NCBI GenBank assembly: GCA_026390285.1
Contig: JAPLGH010000046.1
Location: forward strand, 868-64,867
Length of the DNA stretch: 64,000 nucleotides
Reading direction: 5' to 3'
Source: Caldisericota bacterium
Lineage (GTDB): Bacteria > Caldisericota > Caldisericia > Cryosericales > Cryosericaceae
The notes under the pieces are model-generated. The model was not told the DNA's origin. It searched no databases and saw only the letters and a program-made list of their open reading frames with translations. Positions within the stretch are counted from its first letter, which is position 1. Each line of letters starts with the position of its first letter. The translations under genes were made by a program, and so were the position numbers. Below, piece by piece: positions 1 to 9,686 of the stretch.

Positions 1-403
1 GCGACGGAAACGCTTCTGTCATCGTCATGTCCCAGCTGAGCTTTCCTTCCTGGACCAGCGTTGCCAGCATTGTGGCCGTCATCGATTTTGTCATCGATCC
101 GAGATGGAACAGGTCCTGGAGCGTGACCACGGCTGTACCGCCAGCCTTGCGGACTCCGTCGGAAGCGACTTCTACGATCCCGTCCGCATCAATGACACAC
201 AGTTCCAGCGCAGGAAGATGATACGTCTCCCGCAGGGTGATGACGTCTCGCTGAAGGGCGGTCGGCCTCGCGGGAACGATAGTTCCGTTCGGCGGATAAG
301 TAGGAGCTTCTACGTCGTGCACAGGAAGAGCCAGGACTGCGGCGATCATCACCGCCGCGACCAGTGCCATCCCTCCCAACGCAGTCCATCTTCGCATACG
401 CAT
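1..403 (-). CDS. Serine hydrolase, beta-lactamase/AmpC family, secreted (runs off window start)
   Basis: Manual translation MRMRRWTALGGMALVAAV...FHLGSMTKSMTATMLATLVQEGKLSWD shows a signal peptide and the SxxK motif; not in the ORF track. Confidence 0.8.
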   Translation of the reverse strand, partial: MRMRRWTALGGMALVAAVMIAAVLALPVHDVEAPTYPPNGTIVPARPTALQRDVITLRETYHLPALELCVIDADGIVEVASDGVRKAGGTAVVTLQDLFHLGSMTKSMTATMLATLVQEGKLSWDMTMTEAFPS

Positions 404-575
404 TTGTTCATTGTAGCACGCACCCTGGTCGTCGTTCCTTCACTGTCATGTGCACGACAGACTGACGCCGCTGCTCCCTCTCTCCGATTCCCGCTGACCT
501 CCTCCCGGACGGGCGTTGCGCATAGCCCCTCGTGACGCTACAATGACGTACGGTAGTTCACGTCGGAGGCAGCAC

Positions 576-983
576 ATGGACTTCACACTCGAGTTCGAGA
601 GAAACAGCGACATCATCGGCGTAGCACGGTCACGCGGCGTGGAACTGATCTTCGATACAGGACATGGCATCGACAAGCAGGGTCTATGGCCGATGGAGGT
701 CCTCGTAGCGTCGCTGGGTGGATGCCTGAACCTGGACCTGGGGGCAGCGCTGGAGCTGTCGGGATATCCGGTGGAGAAGCTGACCATGTCACTGCAAGGC
801 CACCGTGACGACACCATCCCCTGCATCGACACTGCATCGTGTCGCATCGACGTCTGGTCGACATCTCTCTCCCAGGAGGCCGCCGAGGAATTGCTGTCGT
901 ATGCCCTGGGAAAGAGCACGATCTACAACACGCTGGCTAAAGCCATCAGGCTTGACGTCACGCTCACCGCTCACACGTCGTGA
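576..983 (+). CDS. OsmC-family protein
   Basis: PMEVLVASLGGC motif and C-terminal STIYNTL; GGAGG RBS before ATG 576. Confidence 0.8.
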   Translation: MDFTLEFERNSDIIGVARSRGVELIFDTGHGIDKQGLWPMEVLVASLGGCLNLDLGAALELSGYPVEKLTMSLQGHRDDTIPCIDTASCRIDVWSTSLSQEAAEELLSYALGKSTIYNTLAKAIRLDVTLTAHTS

Positions 984-1050
984 ACATAGCCGGAACCTTC
1001 ACAGTCCAATAGGTGCATCCGGAAGCAATCCTGTTGTTATGGAGGTACGC

Positions 1051-1647
1051 ATGACAAGAAGAACTGTTGGGTTGATAAGCATTTTCCTTGTACTCGTCAT
1101 GGGTCTCGGAGCATTGATCGCCATTCCCGCTGTCCGCGCAGACACGACCGTACCTGTGAACGCCACAGACAAGGCCGCTATTGACGCCGGGCTAGCCATA
1201 CTCAAGACGCTCGGTCAGCAGATCCACGAGACAGCCAAGGCCGTCCAGGAGAAAGTCAAAGCCGCAAAGGCTGCAGGCAAGGACCTCACGGCATTCAAGG
1301 CGGACATTGCTACTGCACTGAAGGGCGGCCGACATCTGCGCCTTGACGTTGCGCGGATGCGGAAGCCACAGCTTACCGCCGCCCAGCGCGTGCAACTCAA
1401 GACCGCACAGACGGCCATTGAGACCCAGCGCAAGAACCTTCAGGCAAGGACTAAGGCCGGCGCTCTACAGACCGAACTCGACACGCTGAAGGCCGGCCTC
1501 AAGGCCGCTGTTCAGGCACGCGATGCACTGATCAAGTCCTTCAGGGTCTCAGCACAGGCTCAGGTGCTCCAGCGTCTGGACAACCTCATCGCCGAAGCAA
1601 ACAAAGAACTCACATTCCTGCAGGGTCTCCTCATTCACCTTCCATAA
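1051..1647 (+). CDS. Secreted/membrane-anchored Ala/Lys-rich coiled-coil protein
   Basis: GGAGG RBS, N-terminal hydrophobic signal, helical composition, followed by a hairpin. Confidence 0.7.
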   Translation: MTRRTVGLISIFLVLVMGLGALIAIPAVRADTTVPVNATDKAAIDAGLAILKTLGQQIHETAKAVQEKVKAAKAAGKDLTAFKADIATALKGGRHLRLDVARMRKPQLTAAQRVQLKTAQTAIETQRKNLQARTKAGALQTELDTLKAGLKAAVQARDALIKSFRVSAQAQVLQRLDNLIAEANKELTFLQGLLIHLP

Positions 1648-1670
1648 CAGCTGAGCCATCGCGCATGACC

Positions 1671-1700
1671 GGAGGGCGGGGGCCAGGGCCCCCGCCCTCC
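1671..1700 (+). terminator. GC-rich hairpin, probable terminator
   Basis: GGAGGGCGGGGGCC..GGCCCCCGCCCTCC perfect inverted repeat after the stop. Confidence 0.65.
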
Positions 1701-1865
1701 TTCCCATTTCCAAGGAGCCCACATTATGATGCAAGGATGGATTCCCGCATGCGCGGAGAAGCACCCCTCGCCTTGGACAAAAGGGCTCGGGGGAATGACA
1801 GATAAGGAGACAGCCGTCAGGCCTTTTCTGTTGTGCCCGCGGAGGCGGGGACCCGCAGCACTTGT

Positions 1866-1895
1866 TTGACGACAGAAGTACTCTCATGCTATACT
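1866..1895 (+). promoter_or_regulatory. Sigma70 promoter
   Basis: TTGACG-18-TATACT with TG extended -10. Confidence 0.55.
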
Positions 1896-1916
1896 TTGGT
1901 CAAGGTGGTGGTGCCC

Positions 1917-2369
1917 ATGAGAAGAAGCGTTGTTGCTGTTCTAGTGTTGGTCGTTGTCCTGTCCGTGGCAGGCTGCAGTTCCGGCCCCATGGAGTCGCGC
2001 GAGGGCAACGTCAAGGTCACGCTCCCGGTACGCCAGGAAACGGTCACATTCGTCAAACAAGCCGACGGCTCATGGAAAGGCAGCGTCCATACGATCGGCA
2101 GCGCCCGTGCGTTCGAAGCGACGGTCAGCTGGCAAGCGACACAGCAGTTGTCTCCCGACCTCCTGGCCTCTCTGGGACAGGGCAACTTCATGACATCGGC
2201 GGGAGCACCGGAGTTTGGCACATTCGATCAGACGCTGGTGCTTGTCGACGCGGCCTCAAATCCAGTTCCAGAAGGCAAGGGGACACTGCGGATCTTCATC
2301 ACCAGCATGAAGGACGGCAGTCAGCAGGATATCGTCGACATCCCCCTGATTCTGCGCGTCGGACAGTGA
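1917..2369 (+). CDS. Lipoprotein with Gmad2-like Ig domain
   Basis: Lipobox VAGC; AFEATV...FGTF motifs. Confidence 0.7.
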   Translation: MRRSVVAVLVLVVVLSVAGCSSGPMESREGNVKVTLPVRQETVTFVKQADGSWKGSVHTIGSARAFEATVSWQATQQLSPDLLASLGQGNFMTSAGAPEFGTFDQTLVLVDAASNPVPEGKGTLRIFITSMKDGSQQDIVDIPLILRVGQ

Positions 2370-2379
2370 AGGACGACGC

Positions 2380-2407
2380 TTGAACAACTGACCAGCCCTG
2401 TTAGTCT
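2380..2407 (+). promoter_or_regulatory. Sigma70-like promoter with no convincing downstream ORF
   Basis: TTGAAC-16-TAGTCT with TG extended -10. Confidence 0.45.
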
Positions 2408-2485
2408 AACCAGTGCAGGGGAATGTCCTGAAGAAGCGAGGTAGCTGCAGCTGCCGCGTCCGATGAGGGGCCTGATCCTGCAAAT

Positions 2486-2522
2486 AGTGACGGGAGGGCC
2501 GTGCGTAGGCCCTCCCGTCACT
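2486..2522. terminator. 15-bp hairpin (bidirectional terminator or RNA domain)
   Basis: AGTGACGGGAGGGCC / GGCCCTCCCGTCACT. Confidence 0.6.
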
Positions 2523-2705
2523 GCGTTCCACCTACCGGTCCCGCGGGCGCTGTGAGCTGCTGATGACCCTGTCTTTCCACGTCGTGCGCCGCGTCAGCGA
2601 CTGCATCATCGACCGGAACGCAATGAACACGCAAATAGGCTGCCCGATGATCCGTGTAAGGCACAGTGTCCACGAGAAGTGAAAGGCACAGTAATGACGC
2701 TCCAC

Positions 2706-3629
2706 TCAGATTCGCTGTCTGGCTCCCCCAAGATCGAGGTGGCAGCAATCCCTGAGTACCGCAGCGATGTCATCCTCGGAGTCACCCGGGAACGACACGT
2801 CAGCGACGAGCAACCATGACTCAATGTGCTCCACAGACTCGCCAGGTTCTAGTGTGCGCAGCGGAGACAGCGTCTCCATCTCCAGCATGAAGTCCGTCGT
2901 ATAGCTCTCATAGTTCACGCCGAAATCCGGGTATGCCTCACCCGGCACAAACGGGAAACGCTTGATGAACAGTGAATGCTTGTTGAAGTAGGCAGCCCAC
3001 CCAGCCTCATCTGTGAGGCCTAGTTTGAACGGTGGTTTGGCTGTCGGGTCCTGATGCAGCACGACAAATCGACCTCCCCAGTGAACGCGCGCGTCGTCCA
3101 TGCAGGCGTAGGGCCATAGTGCAACGCAACGGTTGGGCAGCAATCCCGTATCGACGAGTGTCTGCGGGATGACCTCGACGCCACCGGGCGCCATCACTGT
3201 GACGGCCCATGCAGCCAGGCGGACTGGCCACACTCCCCGGTTGGTCAGGCGATGCGTCACGGTCACTCCCGTCCCCGTCGGATCCAGTGACACCTCCAGT
3301 TGCTTCTGGATCCCTGTCGCCACTTCAATTGACGGTTTCAGGACAATACTACGATCTCCATCGTCGAACGGCACGGGCGCGTTGTCCGGCTGGTACGTTC
3401 GCGGATTCGCTTCGGGACTATGCCATAGGCGATGCCCACCGAAGGTGTACCAGCTGTCGCGACCGGTCAGCCCATCCTCGTCGCGGACCTCACATAGAAT
3501 GTTGTCCTCGCCCTCGAACCCATACCGTACCACCCGCGGCCCGACATCCGTCGTCACGATCAAGTCCACTGTCCCATTGCTGAGCCGCCTGCAATGGGGC
3601 CAGCCGCGAAATGTCACCTGTTCAGCCAT
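2706..3629 (-). CDS. Conserved protein, DUF4380/galactose-mutarotase-like fold
   Basis: VTTDVGPRV, GGHRLWHSPE, EMETLSPL motifs; GGAGGAG RBS. Confidence 0.7.
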   Translation of the reverse strand: MAEQVTFRGWPHCRRLSNGTVDLIVTTDVGPRVVRYGFEGEDNILCEVRDEDGLTGRDSWYTFGGHRLWHSPEANPRTYQPDNAPVPFDDGDRSIVLKPSIEVATGIQKQLEVSLDPTGTGVTVTHRLTNRGVWPVRLAAWAVTVMAPGGVEVIPQTLVDTGLLPNRCVALWPYACMDDARVHWGGRFVVLHQDPTAKPPFKLGLTDEAGWAAYFNKHSLFIKRFPFVPGEAYPDFGVNYESYTTDFMLEMETLSPLRTLEPGESVEHIESWLLVADVSFPGDSEDDIAAVLRDCCHLDLGGARQRI

Positions 3630-3889
3630 CGTCTCCTCCATCGCTATCCGGCGATTCATGTGCACGATCACTCATCAGTCGGGGATGCCTGCCGGCATGA
3701 ACAGGATTTCTGGCCAGTCGATCAGCAGTCTTCCATGTCGGCACCATGAGTTACCCGTAATTTCAGTGTATGCCAGCCAAAGCAGCATGCAAGAAGCGCG
3801 GCCATCAGGAGTTACCTCGGGACATTCGGTGGCAGGGAATGAACCTTGCCACCGATTTTGTAAAATGTGTAGACCTGACCCCGGGACAA

Positions 3890-5026
3890 TCAGCCGATGA
3901 CGGCCTTCTCGGTCAGTAGCTCGCCGCGGGCGAAGCGGCGGAAGTTGTAGTGCTCGATGTCGATGCTGGGCTTGCCCTTGGCAATGTACTCCGCCAGCAA
4001 TCTACCCACGATGGGGCCCATCATGAAGCCGTGACCTGAATAGCCGTTCGCCTGGAAGAAGCCCGGGACCTGGTCGATTGGACCAAGCACGGGGTGGGCG
4101 TCGGGGGAGACGACGTAATAGCCTGCCCACTGACGCATCAGCTTGACACCGGCAAGGCGTGGCACGATCTCGGTCGCCTCCCTGGCGAATTTGGTGAGGA
4201 ACTCGAACGTGCAGTCGATGTCCGTAGCATTCTTGTCGCCGGTGTCGGTGCCGCCCACGACGTTGCCGCGGTGTGTCTGCAAGTAATAGAGTGAGTTCTT
4301 GACCAGCATGGGGCCCAGGAACTGCTCGAGAGGCTCGGTCGCCATGATCTGGTGCTTGTCGAGGCGGTAGGGCAGGTCGACGCCCAGCATGGCGGCGATA
4401 GCCTTTGACCCCGGTCCAGCAGCGTTGACGACGTTCTTCGTCTCGATGTTGCCCTGGGTCGTATGCACGGTAAACGTGTGGGCTGCAGTGCTCTCGACGC
4501 CAAAGACGTCGGTCGTGGTCAGGATGTCCACCCCAAGGCGCCGCCCCGCCTGCGCGTAGCCAGTGACCGTGTCGAAGGGAAATGCCATGCCGTCCTTATC
4601 ATACCATTGGCCGGCAAGGAAGGAATCGGTGTTGAGCGACGGGCAGATCTCCTTCGCCTCCTGGCGGTCGACGATGCGGCTCATGACGCCGTGCTTGTTC
4701 TGGAACTCGACGTTGTGCTTCGCCTGCTCCACCAGTTCGGGCGTGTCCCACAGGAACAGGTACCCGCACGCCTTGAAGTGGATGTCGTAGCCCAGCTCCT
4801 CGGACAAGTGCGACCACATCTCCTCGGCTTCCCGAAGCAGGACGATCTGGTCGGAGCCGGTGAACTGGGCGCGAATACCCGAACCGCAGCGGCCGGTAGA
4901 ACCGCTGCCCAGGTAGCACTCTTCCAGGACAGCGACATCCTTGTAGCCCCTCTTGGCAAGTTCGTAGGCGATGGCGAGCCCTGAGATGCCGCCGCCGACA
5001 ATGACGCAATCGTACCTACTTCTCAT
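3890..5026 (-). CDS. FAD-dependent amine oxidoreductase (dye-linked L-proline dehydrogenase beta / sarcosine oxidase beta-like)
   Basis: GGGISG, GSTGRCGSGIR, SPDAHP and GYSGHGFM motifs of the DAO family. Confidence 0.85.
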   Translation of the reverse strand: MRSRYDCVIVGGGISGLAIAYELAKRGYKDVAVLEECYLGSGSTGRCGSGIRAQFTGSDQIVLLREAEEMWSHLSEELGYDIHFKACGYLFLWDTPELVEQAKHNVEFQNKHGVMSRIVDRQEAKEICPSLNTDSFLAGQWYDKDGMAFPFDTVTGYAQAGRRLGVDILTTTDVFGVESTAAHTFTVHTTQGNIETKNVVNAAGPGSKAIAAMLGVDLPYRLDKHQIMATEPLEQFLGPMLVKNSLYYLQTHRGNVVGGTDTGDKNATDIDCTFEFLTKFAREATEIVPRLAGVKLMRQWAGYYVVSPDAHPVLGPIDQVPGFFQANGYSGHGFMMGPIVGRLLAEYIAKGKPSIDIEHYNFRRFARGELLTEKAVIG

Positions 5027-5309
5027 CGTCGGCCTCCTTGCCCTTCACGAAGAAACCGATGGGTACGGGATCGACCGGCGGGCGCGTCGTGGGGGTCATG
5101 ATCTGATCAAGCGTCTGGCCCATCTCGCGCGCGAGGATCTGTGCGGCAAGGAGGATGCACGTCTTGCCCTGGCATGGCCCGAGGCCGAACTTGACGTACC
5201 GCTTGAGTGATTGCAGGTCGGCATAGCCTTCGTGGATAGCGTCCTTGATCTCCTGAACGGAGATATCCTCACATCGACAGGCAATCGTCTTCTCGTCTTC
5301 TCTGGTCAT
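5016..5309 (-). CDS. BFD-like [2Fe-2S] subunit (PdhX-like)
   Basis: ACRCED...GLGPCQGKTC...RPP. Confidence 0.85.
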   Translation of the reverse strand: MTREDEKTIACRCEDISVQEIKDAIHEGYADLQSLKRYVKFGLGPCQGKTCILLAAQILAREMGQTLDQIMTPTTRPPVDPVPIGFFVKGKEADDEK

Positions 5310-5313
5310 GCCG

Positions 5314-5802
5314 TCACCCCACCCTGATGTTGCGCACCTGCTCACAGAGAGTGGAATCGTCGAACTCGACAGCAATCAGCGATGACCTGCTCATTGTGTC
5401 AGCAGCCAGCACGAACTTGACCGTCGCGCTTCCAAGCGAGGCTCCGTCGCGACCAAGCAGTGTGACCGTGCCGCCCCTGACGGGGAGAGGCAGATACTCA
5501 TACGGAACGGTGACAGAAGGCTTGACCTTCGACTTGTCCTGGATGAAGATGGCCAGCCCCGGGCAGACCTTGAGACAGCTCATGCAGCCGGTACACTTGG
5601 CGAAGTCGACGTGCGGGATGCCGTTGATGCCGTCCATGCCGATTGCGTCGAATTTGCAGGCGCTGACGCATGGATTGCAGGGGATCTCCTGGATGCACTC
5701 GATAACGGCGACGGGACCCTTTCTCTGACGTTCTTCGGAAGGCAGAAAACCATTGTCGCGCAGATACGCAAGATCGATGACTCCGGTTTCGAAGTGATTC
5801 AT
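5314..5802 (-). CDS. 4Fe-4S ferredoxin subunit (PdhF-like)
   Basis: CIQEIPCNPCVSAC and CTGCMSCLKVCPG. Confidence 0.85.
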   Translation of the reverse strand: MNHFETGVIDLAYLRDNGFLPSEERQRKGPVAVIECIQEIPCNPCVSACKFDAIGMDGINGIPHVDFAKCTGCMSCLKVCPGLAIFIQDKSKVKPSVTVPYEYLPLPVRGGTVTLLGRDGASLGSATVKFVLAADTMSRSSLIAVEFDDSTLCEQVRNIRVG

Positions 5803-7217
5803 TCGAGCACCTCAACGCACTTGAGTCCGATACAGATCTTGGCGCCAAACGGTCCAGCACGGAGGTCATCCAGGTTGTACCTGGTCTCCTTCTGCTCTTC
5901 GACCGGCACATCTGTATGCCCGAGGTCGTACGCGGCCTGGAGTCCTGCGATCTTGCCTTCCATCATGGCAGTGGAGGCTTCTTCGACGCCAGAGGCGTCG
6001 CCTGCCGCAAAGATATCGGGATTGCTGGTACGCATCGCCCAGTTGCGCTTGGCGACCCAACCGCCCAGCTCACCCGTATACGCGAGGTCCAGCTTTGCCT
6101 GCTCGAGAAGCTCAGTGGAAGGCTTGAGCCCGGCCGACAGACAAATCGTGTCGCACTCGACACGCTGCTCGGTACCGGGAATCGGCTGCCACTTTTCATC
6201 AACCTCAGCGACAATGGCCGCCTCGACATGATCACTGCCGACCGCTTCCAGTACAGTATGGCGCGTCATGATCCGGACGCCGTTCCGGGCGATCTTGCTC
6301 GCATGGACGAGGTATCCGCCTACCCGTGGCGCGCCCTCGACGACCCCGACAACCTCAATGCCAGCTTGCATCAACTGATAACTGACGATGAGACCAACAT
6401 TGCCGGCGCCGACCATCAGGACCTTGTTGCCGGGCTTGATGCCGTAGACATTCATCAGCGTCTGCGCAGCCCCTGCCCCGAAGACGCCGGGCATGTCGTT
6501 GTTCCTGAACATCAGCATCTTCTCGGCTGCGCCGGTTGCGACGATGACCTTGCGAGGTTGAAACAGGACCGCATGGTCCTGATCGGCTGCACAGACAGCG
6601 CCCTGGAACCATCCAAACGCAGTGAAGCCGCTGTATACAGTGATGCTGGGTGTCGCCACAACCTCTTCGATGAGTTTCTTCGCGATGGTAATGCCACGCG
6701 TTCCGGCGTTTTCTTTCGCCGAGCCGAAGAACTTGTGCGTCTGCTTGACCAGCTGACCGCCCAGCTGAGGGTTCTGATCCAGCAGGATGACGTCCGCTCC
6801 GGCCTTTGCTGCCCAGAGAGACGCTTCCAGACCCGCCGGCCCACCGCCGACGACCAGGACTTCTGCGTTCTTCTCCTTGACGCCCTTCATGGCAGCCTGC
6901 ACGTCAGGGAACTTGCCGTCGCCGTGCTGCGTTTCGACATCCATCCCGTCCTGGACCTGCAGAACACAGGTTCGCGTATTGGGGATACCATCGACGCGCA
7001 TCATGCACGACGAGCACTTGCCAATGGCGCAGAACATGCCCCTCGGACGGTAGAAGCGGGAGGAGGTGCTGTACTGTTTCACGCCGGCCGCATACAGGGC
7101 CATCGCTACTGTTTCCCGTGGGTAGGCGGTGATCTGTCTGCCGTCGTATGTGACGCGCACCGGGGTTCCTCGGTCCCACGTAAGGATCGGATGCGTGGCA
7201 ATGCGATTGTCGTCCAC
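5799..7217 (-). CDS. FAD/NAD oxidoreductase with N-terminal 2Fe-2S domain (PdhA / sarcosine oxidase alpha-like)
   Basis: FCAIGKCSSC, GGGPAG, LGGQLVKQTHKFFG, ATGA, AGD; GTG start after GAGGTG. Confidence 0.85.
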   Translation of the reverse strand: MDDNRIATHPILTWDRGTPVRVTYDGRQITAYPRETVAMALYAAGVKQYSTSSRFYRPRGMFCAIGKCSSCMMRVDGIPNTRTCVLQVQDGMDVETQHGDGKFPDVQAAMKGVKEKNAEVLVVGGGPAGLEASLWAAKAGADVILLDQNPQLGGQLVKQTHKFFGSAKENAGTRGITIAKKLIEEVVATPSITVYSGFTAFGWFQGAVCAADQDHAVLFQPRKVIVATGAAEKMLMFRNNDMPGVFGAGAAQTLMNVYGIKPGNKVLMVGAGNVGLIVSYQLMQAGIEVVGVVEGAPRVGGYLVHASKIARNGVRIMTRHTVLEAVGSDHVEAAIVAEVDEKWQPIPGTEQRVECDTICLSAGLKPSTELLEQAKLDLAYTGELGGWVAKRNWAMRTSNPDIFAAGDASGVEEASTAMMEGKIAGLQAAYDLGHTDVPVEEQKETRYNLDDLRAGPFGAKICIGLKCVEVLE

Positions 7218-7571
7218 TTTTTTCACCTCTCGGATGCGGATTGATTTCCTACCCTTGCAGTATAGAAGCACACGTGTTTTTTTCTACAAGTCCGTGAAAA
7301 AAACGACAAGCCCTGGAGACGCGACGATGCTGCCAGATGCATGAAACAAGGACTTGATAAGGCGTTGGCCCTGTCGAGGCTCCCAGTCGACGGCGCAACT
7401 GATATTGCATTTTTCCCTACATCTATCAACATGGTGACGGACCACAGTCCCAGGAGCCGCACAGAAAAAGACGAACTCCGACAAAAGGGTACGGCATCGC
7501 AGGCTTAACCGAAAAGGCTCGTGCATAGTATTGATGTCACTACATTCGCGCGAGAAACAGGAGGTAAGGGA

Positions 7572-8735
7572 ATGAGAAAGACCGTATCAGTACTACTGGT
7601 TTGTATGCTTGCCGCAGTGCTCTTCCTTTCCGGTTGTGCCAAGAAAACTGGTGATACCGGACCAATCCAGATCGCTCTGCAAGCTCCCATCACTGGTGAT
7701 TATGCTTACGAAGGTCAAATGGCAAAGCAGTCGGTCGAAGTTGCCACCGAACTCATCAACAAAGCCGGCGGCGTCCTGGGACGTCAGATCGCAGTCACGG
7801 TCGTGGATGATGGCTCCAATCCCAAGGACAGCGCTATCGCAGCACAAAAAGCAGTCTCTCTGAAGGTCGTCGCCGTCATCGGCAGCTACGGTTCGTCGGT
7901 CACCGAGCCAGCCGAAGACATCTACGAGAAGAACAAGATGGTCTCGGTGGGCTACGGCTGCACCGCCCTCCGCCTGACCGTGGACAAGAAACCCAATTAC
8001 TTCTTCAGGACCTGCGGCCGCGACGATGCCCAAGGCCTGTTCTTTGCCAAGTACGCTGTCGAAACAATGGGTGCCAAGCGCATCGCCATCATGCACGACA
8101 ACAGCACCTTCGCCAAGGGTGTCGCCGAGGAAGCCAAGAAAGCCCTCCAGCCGTATGTTGACGCAGGGAAGTGCGAGATCATTTACTACGACGCCGTCAC
8201 GCCAGGCGAGAAGGACTTTTCGGCTGCCGTCACCAAGCTGCGCAATACCCAGCCCGACGTCTGGTACTACACGGGCTACTACACCGAAGCTGGTCTGCTG
8301 GTTCGCCAGGCACGTGATGCCGGCCTGACCTGCCCGTTTATCGGCGGAAACGCCGCTATCAATGATGACTTCATCAAGATCGCTGGAATCGACGTCGCAA
8401 AAGGATGCCTCATGACGCAGGAACCCCTGGTCACCGACGTCACAACCGCCATTTCCGAGCAGTTCCGTACGCTGTACAAGGAAAAGTTCGGTGACGTTCC
8501 CTCCAGCCCGTGGCCGGTTTACGCTGCTGATGCCCTCTACGCCATCGTCGGTGCCATCAAGAACGCGAACTCCATTGAATCAGACGCCATCGCCACCGCC
8601 ATGCACACCAACATGACTGGCGTGGAAGGCGTCACTGGCGCCATCAAGTTCACAGCAATTGGCGACCGCGAGGACGTTCCTTACAAGATGTACGAGGTTA
8701 CCGCCGACGGCAAGTACGTCGTCCATCAGCAGTAG
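7572..8735 (+). CDS. livK: Branched-chain amino acid ABC transporter substrate-binding lipoprotein
   Basis: Lipobox LSGC; INKAGGVLGR; FFRTCGRDDAQG. Confidence 0.9.
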   Translation: MRKTVSVLLVCMLAAVLFLSGCAKKTGDTGPIQIALQAPITGDYAYEGQMAKQSVEVATELINKAGGVLGRQIAVTVVDDGSNPKDSAIAAQKAVSLKVVAVIGSYGSSVTEPAEDIYEKNKMVSVGYGCTALRLTVDKKPNYFFRTCGRDDAQGLFFAKYAVETMGAKRIAIMHDNSTFAKGVAEEAKKALQPYVDAGKCEIIYYDAVTPGEKDFSAAVTKLRNTQPDVWYYTGYYTEAGLLVRQARDAGLTCPFIGGNAAINDDFIKIAGIDVAKGCLMTQEPLVTDVTTAISEQFRTLYKEKFGDVPSSPWPVYAADALYAIVGAIKNANSIESDAIATAMHTNMTGVEGVTGAIKFTAIGDREDVPYKMYEVTADGKYVVHQQ

Positions 8736-8764
8736 TCTCAAATCCTGATTGAAGCGAGGTCACC

Positions 8765-9676
8765 GTGGCAACGTTCTTTGAACAGTTGATAAACGGCCTG
8801 ACCATCGGTTCGTTCTACGCGCTGGTGGCCCTGGGCTATTCGATGGTGTTCGGTGTCATGAAATTGATCAACTTTGCCCACGGTGACCTCTTCGCCCTGG
8901 GTTCGTATCTGGGCTACACCCTGCTGATCGCCAGCTCGTCCTGGGTGACGGTCCACTTCGGGCTCTGGGGAGGGATGGCCATAGCGATGCTGTTTGCCTT
9001 CTCCGGCATCGGCCTCGCAGGCGTCCTGATGGAACGCGTCGCATATCGTCCCGTCTATCCAGCAGGCCGACTCTCACTGGTCGTTTCTGCGCTCGGTATG
9101 TCCATCTTTCTCCAGAACGGCATTATGGCGATCTGGGGCGCCCGTCCCCAGGCTTATCCCGCCGCCGTCGTCCCTTCTACACGCTTCTCCCTCCTGGGAC
9201 TGCCGGTGACCAGCCTGCAAGTCGTCATCCTGTTGATTTCATTCACGCTCATGCTGGCCATCTGGTTCATCGTCGAGAAAACGACGTTTGGCGCAGCCAT
9301 ACGGGCCACCGCTCTCGACCGCAGCACTGCGACGCTGATGGGTATCGACGTCCGCGTCGTCATCTTCTTCATCTTCGCCCTGGGCCCCGCCCTCGGCGGC
9401 ATCGCAGGCGTCATGAACGGCATGTACTACCGGGCCATCAGCTTCAACATGGGGTGGACCTATGGCCTCAAGGCGTTCACCGCCACCATCCTGGGCGGCA
9501 TCGGCAACATCCCGGGCGCCATGATTGGCGGACTCCTGTTGGGGCTCATGGAATCGCTGTTTGCCGGCTACGTCAGTGGCGCCTGGAAAGACGTCTTCGT
9601 GTTCTTCATCCTCATCGTTGTTCTCATTTGGCGGCCGACCGGGCTGCTGGGCGAGAAGACTGCAGAAAAGGTCTGA
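8765..9676 (+). CDS. livH: BCAA ABC transporter permease
   Basis: LINFAHG; GGIGNIPGA; RPTGLLG. Confidence 0.9.
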   Translation: MATFFEQLINGLTIGSFYALVALGYSMVFGVMKLINFAHGDLFALGSYLGYTLLIASSSWVTVHFGLWGGMAIAMLFAFSGIGLAGVLMERVAYRPVYPAGRLSLVVSALGMSIFLQNGIMAIWGARPQAYPAAVVPSTRFSLLGLPVTSLQVVILLISFTLMLAIWFIVEKTTFGAAIRATALDRSTATLMGIDVRVVIFFIFALGPALGGIAGVMNGMYYRAISFNMGWTYGLKAFTATILGGIGNIPGAMIGGLLLGLMESLFAGYVSGAWKDVFVFFILIVVLIWRPTGLLGEKTAEKV

Positions 9677-9686
9677 GGTTGCTTCT

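Noticed and set aside
2423-2480. Hammerhead ribozyme (CTGAAGA) or Sec-recoded ATG-TCC-TGA ORF
   Set aside because: No GAAA core in position; the read-through peptide is not protein-like.
7218-7571. Riboswitch, T-box or sigma54 promoter between the pdh and liv operons
   Set aside because: No recognisable consensus; GG/GC spacing is wrong for sigma54.
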